NCBI RefSeq assembly: GCF_001194135.2
Contig: NC_068991.1
Location: 13,029,445-13,093,444 of the forward strand
Direction: 5' to 3'
Length of the DNA: 64,000 nucleotides
Origin: Octopus bimaculoides
Lineage: Eukaryota
Shown here: in pieces, positions 48,686 to 59,722 of the stretch
How positions within the stretch are numbered: position 1 is the first letter of the stretch
How the letters are laid out: each line of letters starts with the position of its first letter
Notes under the pieces: model-generated
Told to the model about the DNA's origin: nothing
The model's database searches: none
Seen by the model: the letters and a program-made list of their open reading frames with translations, nothing else
Translations under genes and position numbers: made by a program

Positions 48686-48859
48686 AGTGGCTTGTCTGGT
48701 AAGTAACTTGCTTATCAACCACATGGTTTTGGGTTCAGTCCCACTGCGTGGCACCTTGGGCAAGTGTCTTCTACTATAGCCTCGAGCCGACCAAAGCCTT
48801 TTGAATGGATTTGGTAGATGGAAACTGAAAGAAGCCTGTCGTATATGTGTGTGTGTGTG

Positions 48860-48896
<37 letters not shown>

Positions 48897-49115
48897 ATGT
48901 TTGTGTGTCTGTGTTTGTTCCCCCGACAACATCGCTTGACAACCGATGCTGGTGTGTTTACGTCCCCGTAACGTAGCGGTTCGGCAAAAGAGAGACCGAT
49001 AGAATAAGTACTAGGCTTACAAAGAACAAGTCCTGAGGTCGATTTGCTCGACTAAAAGGCGGTGTTCCAGCATGGCCACAGTCAAATGATTGAAACAAGT
49101 AAAAGGGTAAAAGAG
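48685..49115 (+). mobile_element. SINE family B, full length
   Basis: Head, CORE-like motif, (TG/TA)n, tail agtaaaagggtaaaagag. Confidence 0.92.
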
Positions 49116-49340
49116 TATATACATACTGGAGTCACCTTGATTAAAAAATCCTGTCAAGGCATCAAAAGACAATCATATGTTATTACTTTGTCAAAAAAAT
49201 TATTTTCTCACATAATCTTTTTTTGTATCTCTTTACCATTCTATTCATTTCTCCAGCTATCATTCTACACTTGTTAGTAAAGCAAGTTTTATTACCACTT
49301 GATTAAAAATATTTTCCACCTATCCCTCTCTGTTTTCCAG

Positions 49341-49448
49341 AAATAAATCCACTGGATTACATTTACAAGGCAGTCGGTTGCCACATTAAACTCATGACCG
49401 AAACTGAAGCTGAAACCCAATACATTTTAAAATATATTTATAGTACTG
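49341..49448 (+). CDS. exon 38, catalytic domain start (INPLDYIYKAVGC)
   Basis: tccag / gtgagt, phase 1-1. Confidence 0.95.
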
Positions 49449-49593
49449 GTGAGTATTTCATGGAATTGGTCTTTCTTTTTGTTCATGTTGCTTTTATAAA
49501 CTTTAAAAAACAAAAACAAAAAAAAAACATTGCTTTATAACTTTGATTGCTTGGTCTTGGTCTCTTAGGATGGTCTCTTACACTGGTGTCTCA

Positions 49594-49884
49594 GGCGCAG
49601 GAGTAGCTGTGTGGTAAGTAGCTTGCTTACCAACCACATGGTTCCAGGTTCAGTCCCACTGCGTGGCACCTTGGGCAAGTGTCTTCTACTATAGCCTCGG
49701 GCCGATGAAAGCCTTGTGAGTGGATTTGGTAGGTTTCTTTCAGTTTCCGTCTACCAAATCCACTCACAATGCTTAGGTCGGCCCGAGGCTATAGTAGAAG
49801 ACACTACTTGCCCAAGGTGGCATGCATTGGGACTGAACCCGAACCATGTGGTTGGTAAGCAAGCTACTTACCACACAGCCACTC
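49594..49884. repeat. Inverted pair of SINE B heads (~132-bp arms, 18-nt loop)
   Basis: 49601-49732 is the approximate reverse complement of 49751-49884. Confidence 0.9.
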
Positions 49885-50040
49885 TTATGCCTATGTTAAT
49901 ATTTTTTTCCAGATTTATCACTCCATTTTCATTTATGATAACTCAGTTTTATTAATTCGATATTTCATGCCCGCTCTATATTTAGTGTCATCCTTTCATA
50001 CTTATTTATCTCTAATCTGCAATTAACCTTGTTGTTTCAG

Positions 50041-50234
50041 ACAAATCTGTGAAAGTTCATGCTATATATCGTCTCTCACGAGCTGGAGAGGAAGATCGAG
50101 TCCAGGAATTAAATTTAGAAAACCGTATGTTGCTGTGGCACGGCAGTGGAGTTCCTAACTTTATCAGTATCTTGAGCCGAGGATTACTCATCTGCCCACC
50201 AGAAGCCCCTATCACTGGACATTTGTTTGGAGAA
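50041..50234 (+). CDS. exon 39, PARP catalytic (NRMLLWHGS...GHLFGE)
   Basis: ttcag / gtaagt; NAD-binding HG motif. Confidence 0.97.
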
Positions 50235-50299
50235 GTAAGTTTCCTTTCTCTCTCTGTCTCTCTGTTCCCCATTCTCTTTGATATGTGAAATAGGATAGA

Positions 50300-50687
50300 G
50301 TGGAGGCGCAATGGCCCAGGGGTTAGGGCAGCGGACTCGCAGTCATAGGATTGCAGTTTCGATTCCCAGACCAGGCGTTGTGAGTGTTTATTGAGCGAAA
50401 ACACCTAAAGCTCCACGAGGCTCCGGCAGGGGATGGTGGCGAACCCTGCTGTACTCTTCCACCACAACCTTCTCTCACTCTTACTTCCTGTTTCTGTTGT
50501 GCCTGTAATTCAAAGGGTCAGCCTTGTCACACTGTGTGTCACGCTGAATATCCCCGAGAACTACGTTAAGGGTACACGTGTCTGTGGAGTGCTCAGCCAC
50601 TTGCACGTTAATTTCACGAGCAGGCTGTTTCGTTGATCGGATCAACTGGAACCCTCGACGTCGTAACCGACAGAGTGCCAACAACAA
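50300..50687 (+). mobile_element. SINE family A, full length
   Basis: Near identity to the other A copies. Confidence 0.92.
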
Positions 50688-51187
50688 AGCTGGAGTTCGC
50701 TCCTATTTAGAAGAGCATTGTTTCTATGAGAATGATAAACCTTTCATGTGAATAATTAAACAATTTCTTTTTTTCTTTGATAATTTTGTTCGATTTTGTA
50801 AATGAACAATCTGGTGTGTTTATTTTAGTGGCTTGTCAATGTATACAGCAAGTTTTTTTTGCCCTAGGTATAGGAAAGACACTCTGCTAGAAATTGAAAC
50901 AAAATTGAAGGAAAAAGTAAAACACATCATCATTATGTATCTGCTTTCCAAGCTGGTATGGGTTAGATGGTTTGACTGGAACTAGTAAGCCAGAGAGCTG
51001 TACCAGGTTCCAGTCTGATTTGGTTTGGTTTGTAAGGTTGGATGCCCTCCCTAATACCAACCACCCCAAGAGTGTAGCGGGTGCCTTTTACATGTCACCA
51101 GCACATAATAATAATAATAATAATAATAATAATTTCTTACTTTATAAGATTTCTTATTTTACCTTTTCTGTTTTTTTTTTAAACCAG

Positions 51188-51404
51188 GGTATTTACACAG
51201 CTGACACATTTACCAAAGCCAAAGGCTATTGCTCTGAGAATGTAGGAGAGTCGAATTCCATGTTTGCACTGCTTTGCGAAGTAGCACTTGGTAAGATGAA
51301 GACCAACAATTCTAAAGGTGAAAGCTCCGATACTGACTATAACAGTGTTGTTGGAGTTGGCATGTCAGTACCTGACAGTGCATTTGATGTCACCCTTCCA
51401 TATG
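51188..51404 (+). CDS. exon 40, PARP catalytic (GIYTADTFTKAKGYC...LLCEVALG)
   Basis: accag / gtaagt, phase 0-1. Confidence 0.97.
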
Positions 51405-51795
51405 GTAAGTACTTGCACATGTGGTTTAACTCTTTGAATATCAGTGAACATAACTTACCACAACTCTTATACAATGTCTCCATCTTCTAGAAATGTTAGA
51501 TAAATCTCTCAAATAATCTTAGAATCATTTAAAAGAACATACCGATATCCTTGGTTTGAATGCATATCCATATGGGGCTAGATACCCATCGAAGAATGCA
51601 AAGCTTCTTAATTGTGCCAGACAAATTCCCTTGAATCAGTCGCAGTTTATACATAATCAGTGCACTCAGATAACAGGATGGGTAACTAGTACCAAAATCC
51701 ATGTTTATTGTGAAGCCCATCGCACATACATAGATTGACTCATATTTATAGACATGGAAGTTAGTAGCATTACAATATACTCTAGCGTTAATATC

Positions 51796-52026
51796 TATTT
51801 CTATATTGCCCACCAGGGGCTAAACATAGAGGGGACAAACAAGGACAGACAAACGGATTAAGTCGATTATATCGACTCCAGTGCGTAACTGGTACTTAAT
51901 TTATCGACCCCGAAAGGATGAAAGGCAAAGTCGACCTTGGCGGAATTTGAACTCATAACGTAGAGACAGACGAAATACCACTAAGCATTTCACCCGGCGT
52001 GCTAACGATTCTGCCAGCTAACCACC
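51796..52026 (-). mobile_element. SINE family D (tRNA head, central gtcgactttgcctttcatcctttcggggtcgataaa domain)
   Basis: Homologous to 46351-46573, 59508-59722, 63143-63372. Confidence 0.88.
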
Positions 52027-52359
52027 TTTCTCTTGGTTTCTCTTGTTTTCTGCCTACCAAACCCACTCACGCTGCTTTAGTTGACTTGGGGCTATAGTAG
52101 AAGACACCTGCCCAAGGTGTCACGTAATGAGACTGAAACCAGAACCATGTGGTTGGAAAGAAACCTACCACACAGCCATGACTATGCCTGATATAATTAA
52201 TTACACCTGAAGAGGTATTCAGGCACCTGTCCCTATCGCAGTGCAATGAATTAAATCACTAATATGAACACAAATAGGCAGACGAGAAGAACAAACGACA
52301 TAATAATTTGAAAAGTTTCGATTTGAGTAAACACGTGTTTTTCTCTCTTTCTGTTGCAG

Positions 52360-52490
52360 GTGCTACCTTACCTCTTGGCCCACTGATTAACAACCCAACA
52401 GCTAAGTCGAGGTATGTGGCATACAATGAATACATTGTGTACGACCCAGCACAGGTGTGTCAAAGGTATCTGGTGCAATTCTCCAGTTAA
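52360..52490 (+). CDS. exon 41, terminal coding exon (YNEYIVYD...RYLVQFSS*)
   Basis: tgcag acceptor; catalytic Glu motif; TAA stop. Confidence 0.97.
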
Positions 52491-52539
52491 ACAAGACTTG
52501 CAAGGTGCTTTTGAAATTGTCTTAGAATTCATTTTCTTA

Positions 52540-52862
52540 TCATCATTATATTAATATTATTATTATAATTATCATTGTCATTATTATTATTATTATTATT
52601 ATTTTTATTATCATTATTAATATTATTATTATTATTACTACTACTACTACTACTACTATTACTATTATTATGTTCATCACCACCATCATCATTATCATTA
52701 TTACATTATTATTTTTATTTTTAATCAGATCAGCTTTACTCTCTCTCTATCTCTCTGTTTCTCTTTCTCTCATTCTCTCTCTCTCTCTCTCCTTCTCTAA
52801 CTTTTTCTGACTGATGCAAGTGCATTCAGCCATGGCTCATAATGTGTGTGTTGGTATGTGTT

Positions 52863-52905
<43 letters not shown>

Positions 52906-53138
52906 TATGCATTACGTTAAGGTGGATCTAGAGGATCTGTCTATCCTATGAACATTCATGAACTTTCTATATAGACTCATTAGAGAGATGTGGGCTGTTG
53001 TATTTTACCGATTGTGAACCGTTTCTGTACAATATAGACAGTGAAAAAAACACCTGCTTTAGGCATGTGAAAGATGTGTTCAAGCCATTATCTGTAAACA
53101 TAGATACACATACATGCATACATGCATACATACATATA

Positions 53139-53173
<35 letters not shown>

Positions 53174-53283
53174 GTATGAGTGTGTGTGTGTGTATATATA
53201 TTTATATGGATGCTGTATTGGTACCGTCCACACTTGTTTGTGTGTATGTATGCATATACATATATATGTGTGTTTGTGTGTGT

Positions 53284-53382
<99 letters not shown>

Positions 53383-53420
53383 CACACATGCACACACAAA
53401 GTGTAATTGAGGAACATATG
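52540..53420. repeat. Compound microsatellite block downstream of the stop: (ATT)n, (CTA)n, (CT)n, (TA)n, (CA)n
   Basis: Direct reading; long (TA)n at about 53287-53375. Confidence 0.95.
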
Positions 53421-54178
53421 TACACATGCACGCACACACCCATACAGAATAGAGAACAAAGAGGATTCAAGCTTATTTGAAAATAATTCTGTTGATTAGG
53501 CAAAAAATACATGTGGACTCATTCTCACACATAAATGCACACAGGCACTCTCATACGCTTACACAAAACTTACACGCATATACACATGTAATTATTTCAT
53601 GAGAGAAAGAATTCATATGTTGTGTGGAGGTGATGAAGGTTTTTATAAATGGTTAAAGATATATTTCAGGAAGGAAGGAAAGAAAGAAAGAAAGACAAAA
53701 ATAAAAAATAAAATAATTAACAGACAGAATTGAGGACAGGAACATCCATATAAAATTTGGCTGGGTTAAAGGTGTATTATAATGGTGGATGGGTATGGCA
53801 AAAAAAAAAAAAAAAAAAAAGAGAGACATAATAAATTTACAGAAGCACTTCATACCACATAACTTTAAACAATTTTTTATATAGAAATATTGGGGTAAAC
53901 CTAAGAAAATAAATATGGAAAAGCTGGAAGAAGAAGAAGAAAAAAAAAACAAGAAAAAAATATTTAAAAAAAGACCAAAAAAATTAAACAAAAAGTATAA
54001 GAAAAGAACTATAAAACAGAAATAACAAAAAAAAAATATATATATTGATGTTAGTATCAACTTATTGGCCAACTCTACTCCTGGGTCTAATTGTTGTCAG
54101 TGTTTCATTATTATTATTATTATTATTACTAATATCATTATTATTTTTATTGTAATTATTAATCCAATAATGATAATG

Positions 54179-54210
<32 letters not shown>

Positions 54211-54921
54211 GTTGTTGTTGTTATTATTATTGCCATTATCATAATCTTGAATTTTATTTTATTGTGTTGTCATTGCTGCTACATCGCCATCACCAGGACA
54301 ATTTTGGCTTCTCTCTCTCTGCTCTACTTTTTTTTCTTCCTTTTTTTTTGTCATTTCAGTCTCTATAAACACACACACACACACACATATGCCACACAAC
54401 ATAGACGTACATGTTTTTTTTTGTGTGTACACCTCTTTACATATATATAGTCTTGTTAAATTGTCTTTTTTTTGTTTTTTTTTGTTTCACTCCACCATGT
54501 CCATTTTCTTGGGACATCAGAACTGGAATTGGCCATCATCAAAATAGATTCGTGCATAGCTTTCTTTTTTTTTTTTTTTTNNNNNNNNNNNNNNNNNNNN
54601 NNNNNNNNNNNNNNNNNNNNNNNNNNNNNNNNNNNNNNNNNNNNNNNNNNNNNNNNNNNNNNNNNNNNNNNNNNNNNNNNNNNNNNNNNNNNNNNNNNNN
54701 NNNNNNNNNNNNNNNNNNNNNNNNNNNNNNNNNNNNNNNNNNNNNNNNNNNNNNNNNNNNNNNNNNNNNNNNNNNNNNNNNNNNNNNNNNNNNNNNNNNN
54801 NNNNNNNNNNNNNNNNNNNNNNNNNNNNNNNNNNNNNNNNNNNNNNNNNNNNNNNNNNNNNNNNNNNNNNNNNNNNNNNNNNNNNNNNNNNNNNNNNNNN
54901 NNNNNNNNNNNNNNNNNNNNN

Positions 54922-54981
<60 letters not shown>

Positions 54982-57009
54982 AAAAAAAAAGAATAAATAA
55001 ACTTTCAACGAAATTATCTCATTATATACCAAATCTAAAAAATTCTATTTTCATTGCCTGTTTTTCTTTTTTTTCTTTTTTTCCCCCCCTTTTTTATATT
55101 TTGTTATTATTATTATCATTATTATTACTATTTTTGTTTTTCTTCTTGTTTCTGATATCTTCTCTTATAGTTTTCAAAATCTGCATGGATAATAAATTTC
55201 AGTATTAAACTGTCATAGGTTAATAAAATACACTAGAAACCATAAGCTAAAATCTTGGTTTATTGGCAAAAATGTCTTTGTTTGTTTGTTTGTTTGTTTG
55301 TTTGTGTTGCTATATTTTGTCCCATTTTGAAATAAGCCACTGAAACTGTAAAATTGTGTTTGTTTATTTTATTTTATTTCATGTTTTTAATCTTCCTTCA
55401 TTTCTGTTTGTTTATTTCTTTAATTACCTTTCTTTGTATGTTTTTGTATATTTTCTCCCCCCCCCCTAATTAAAAAAAAAATTTTTTTAATGAGTGTTCC
55501 TTTTGCGGTGTTTTGCTTTTGTCTTTTCCTTATGGTGGTTTAACCAGAGGAGGAAAGGGTGTCACCTGCTACCTTCTCCAGGACTTTTGATAACTGGTTG
55601 GAGTGGGGGAGAGGAGGAAACGAGGATCTCATCTTCCAACTGAGGTTCTTTACCTGCATGTTTGCATCGGAGTGGACTCCACTAAGGTAAAGGCAACTAA
55701 ACAGATTCAGTGTTCCATTCAAAAATAGGAAGAAACCCTCTAATAGAGGCTTCCATGCAGTTTCCGCCTACCAAATTTAACATAGGACTTTGGCATAGCT
55801 TCTTCTGAAACCCGCATAGTTCTGAAACGAACTTCATAACCACACAGTCATACCTAATTTGGTGTATCCTAATTATCGTTTTTAATTGCATAATTAACCA
55901 TCGGTAGGTAGTTTAGAGCTTGTGGACCCATATATACACAAATGAATCTACACACACACACACACATGCACGTGTGCAAACTTACAGAGAGTCAGAAAGC
56001 ATCTTCAGTCCCTGGTGATTTTCATCATTTTAATTTTTTTTTTTTGTGTATGTGTGTGTTTTTGGGGTGGGTGGGCCAGTATGGACTGGACTGTAGGCAC
56101 TTTATATGTCTCTTCACATCTCATACTGCAGCTACTTTAAAAAAAAAAAAATGAAAAAAAAAATGACAAAAATGGAAAAAAAAAACTGAGAAAAAAAAAA
56201 GGAAATAATAAATAAAATAAAAATAAATATCCAAAAAAAAAAACTAAACCTACATGCACACATATGCATAAATATATTAACACATCCCTCTTTCAGCTGT
56301 CGATTTTAGTTAATTTTTAATTAATCGAGTTTGAACATTTGAGCAAAAACAAAACAAAACAAAACGAAACAAAACAAAAAAAAAAAACAATTTTAAAAAA
56401 AAGCAGAAAAAAAAAAGAAAAAATTACTACATTAACAATTTTAGGACATTGAACTATTTTAACATTTTTCGTTCATTTTTATCTTCATATATTTGGTCTA
56501 CATGTACTTAGAGTTTACCAACATACTACTATTATTATTATTATTGTCATCCATGGATTGAGAAATACATCAAGAGCTTTTCTTTTTCTTAAAACAAGAA
56601 CTAGGTAATGTCTTTGGAGAAAAAACATGCATAGAAATGTCAATGATTAATGAAAACGTTCAAAGTTATCACCATTATTATTATTATTATTATTATTATA
56701 ACAACTACTATTATTAATATTATTATTATTATTATTATTTCCTTTTTTTTTTTAAACATTGTTTTGTATGATTTCTTCTTCAAAGTAATATTGTCATAAA
56801 GAAAAAAAAAAAAATTCATCGCAGTGTTTTTTTACATTCATCACACTTACCTTTAAACATGCCAGTTTGTTACGTGAAAACAAAAATAAAAACCAAATGC
56901 ACTGTTCTCGGTTAACAAATAAAGAAAAAAGGTGTAGGAACTAAGAGTTATATCTTTGCTGTATATTTTGACTTGTTGATTTTAGTTCCCTCAACTGGAA
57001 CATTCTTCT

Positions 57010-57500
57010 TTAACAACAACAGCTTGTCCTATCTCAACATCAACAACAGTTTGTCCTACTACTACAACATAAGGTTGTTCTGCTAAACGACTTGTCCTAC
57101 TACTATAGCAGTTTGTCCTATTTCAACATCAACAACTTGTCCTACAACTACAACAGTTTGTCCTACTACTACAACAACAACATAAGGTTGTTCTGCTACA
57201 ACAGTCTGTCCTATTTCAACATCAACAACAGCTTGTCCTACTACTACTACAACTGCTTGTCCTACAACCACAACAACAGTTTGTCCTACTACTACAACAT
57301 TAGGTTGTTCTGCTACAACAACTTGTCCTACTACTACTGCTACAACAGTTTGTACTACTACAGATTATCCTACTACTACTACTACGACAACAGCAGTTTG
57401 TCCTACTACTACAACTTGTCCTACTACTAAAACAACAGCTTGTCCTATTACTACAAGAACTTGACCTCCTCCTTCTACTACAACAACAGCAATGGCATCT
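57010..57500. repeat. Cryptic minisatellite built of (ACA/ACT)n interrupted by TTGTCCT
   Basis: About 20 ttgtcct(a) recurrences plus three or four ggttgttctgcta variant units. Confidence 0.85.
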
Positions 57501-57959
57501 GTGAGCATCTATGCAGTCCATCACTTGACTTGTTTCGAAATGGTAGTCAAAGGCACAGGAATACTGTCAATGCTGTTGAGCAAAACTTTGATCTCCATAT
57601 TTCAAGTTAATTATAAGTTTTCATTTAATGATGTAATTAGTTGATTAAGACAGTGTTCAGGTGTCAGCTCTCACGAAATATAGGGAAACTAGTCGACGTC
57701 ATCGTTTTGATATCCCTTTCTCTATACTTGCATAGAAGAAACGAAATTTGTTGAAGCAGTTCTACGGCTGGATGCTCCTCCTGTCACCAACTCACACCTG
57801 TTTACAAGGGAGGTAATATTTCCCCTAACCTGTCCTTTGAACACAAAACACAGTGGACAGACATGTTTTTCACAGTAGATTGCAAACAAAGAAAACTATC
57901 ATATGAAGTTTAAAAAATTTTTTTTTTTACAATTAGCGCACAGTGTCAAGACAATGAAA

Positions 57960-58275
57960 TACTGGCACTCCGTCGGTTACGATGCCGAGTGTTCCAGTTG
58001 ATGCGATCACTAGAACAGGCTGCTTGTAATATTAAAATGCAAGTGGCTGGACACTCCACAATGCGCCCTTAACGTAGTTCTTAAAGAGATTCAGCGTAAC
58101 ACAATGTGACAAGACTGGCCTTTTTGAAATGCAGCGGCTACTCATTTTTGCTAACTGAGTGGACTGGAGCATCGTGAAATAAAGTGTCTTGCTCAAGGAC
58201 ACAACGCACCACCGAGTATCGAACTCACGATCTTGCGTTCGTTAGCCGAGTAAACTACTAAGTTACGCGCCTTAA
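57960..58275 (-). mobile_element. Older SINE with family-A tail and alternative head/core
   Basis: tggcactccgtcggttacga...ccagttgat tail; gtgtcttgctcaaggac core. Confidence 0.72.
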
Positions 58276-58989
58276 CTGAGACAAGGCGATATAAACATGC
58301 ATGCACGCACATATATACACATTCAGCAGGTTTCTTTCCGTTTCCATCTACCAAGGCTTAGCGCTATGGTAGAAGACAATTGCCCAAAGTGTTCTATAGT
58401 GGGACTGAACCCGAAACCTCATGGTTTCAGACCGCATTTCTTAACCACGGTCATGCCTACGTCTTTCCAACAGATTGATTCCTCTCTTGTTAAGGACTTC
58501 ACTTGGACAAAAATGCAACCATTTACAGATCCTCTTGTCTAAAGAATACAGGGCAGTTATCTTCATCAATGCGATATCTATTTGTCAAACCGCTAAGTTA
58601 AGGGCATTAAGTCACTGTACTTTTTACGAGTGGTATCAGTGTAAAAACTGACACAGATAAATGCACCCACACATACAACAGGCTTCCACATAGATTCCAT
58701 TTACTAATTTTCTTTCATAAACCCCAAAGTATAGAAGAATCCAGCCAAAAATTCAATGCTACGGCACCATACTCGAAGCTTTGTGGTTGCTAAGAGAACT
58801 TCTACCTGCACCTATGAGAAGACAAATCTTTCAACTTCCTGGATAGGATGCCTATCTATCGTAAGTAACTTACCCCGCTGGAAACAATTTAACCTACCAC
58901 TGCTTGCCAATATATCACTTATCAATTACTGGTTGATGCTTATTACCATTGCTCACTTTTAATATCCTGTGATATCTCCTCATAGTAAA

Positions 58990-59510
58990 AAGGAGTGGTA
59001 CCACTCTATGGAATCTGTTTAGAACAAGGTGGACTGTGCCATCATGTGGAACTTACTTTAGAACAAGGCAAACTATTGTTTTGTGGTATCTACTAACAGA
59101 GGTGGAGTGGACTGTATCTACTTAGAACTAATATGAACTATATCACACAGTGTCTATTTAGAACAAGATGGACTGTACCAGCCTGTGGAACCTCTAGAAC
59201 AAAGTGGACTGTACCAGCTGTGAAACCTCTTTAGAACCGTACCAGTTAATAATTTTAGACCAAGGTGAAGTGTGTCTCTCTGTGGAATCTACTTAATACG
59301 AGTGGACTGTGCTACTTTGAAATGTATATTTAGAACTGCCTTAGAACAAGGTGGACTGCACCATTCTGCTATATTTACTTAGAAATAAATGTACTATTTC
59401 ACCTTTGTAGTGTCTACTTAGAAGAAGGTGGACTGTGACAATTTATGGCACCTACTTAGAATAAGATAGGCTGCTGACCTTGTAGTCTCTACTTAGAACA
59501 AGATAGGATC
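58990..59510. repeat. Degenerate ~38-bp minisatellite (consensus about TTAGAACAAGGTGGACTGTACCATCCTGTGGAATCTAC)
   Basis: About 12-13 eroded units. Confidence 0.75.
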
Positions 59511-59722
59511 TTTTCTATTCTAGGCGTAAGGCCCGAAATTTTGTGGGAGGGAGCCAGTCGATTAGATCGACTCCAGTACGCAACAGGTACTTAATTTATC
59601 GACCCCGAAAGGATGAAAGGCAAAGTCGACCTCGGCGGAATTTGAACTCAGAACGTAACGGCAGACGAAATACCGCTAAGCATTTCGCCCGGCGCGCAAA
59701 CGTTTCTGCCAGCTCGCCGCCT
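59508..59722 (-). mobile_element. SINE D variant with alternative tail; 13-bp TSD TAGAACAAGATAG
   Basis: TSD at 59494-59506 and 59724-59736. Confidence 0.88.

Larger units (their letters stand above)
93..52490 (+). other. Multi-exon gene (5'-partial): ankyrin-repeat / WGR / PARP-regulatory / PARP-catalytic protein, PME-5/TANK-1-like 'tankyrase-like' PARP
   Basis: 41 GT-AG exons with matching phases (except across two N gaps). About 25-30 TPLH-like ankyrin motifs, WGR flanks (YDILLTKVD..NFYKMQ / FKNHPKKY), helical domain, and LLWHGS / GIYTAD / YNEYIVYD. TAA stop at 52488-52490. Confidence 0.95.

Noticed and set aside
52967-53512. [12 protein letters not shown] ORFs here and at 61121-61601
   Set aside because: These are translations of dinucleotide microsatellites.
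52491-56900. Defined polyadenylation site or 3' UTR boundary for the PARP gene
   Set aside because: There are many AATAAA-like hexamers in extreme A/T low-complexity sequence; none can be singled out without transcript data.
58990-59510. CRISPR-like repeat-spacer array
   Set aside because: The intervals are mutually homologous, the repeats are degenerate, no cas genes are present and the context is eukaryotic; it is a minisatellite.
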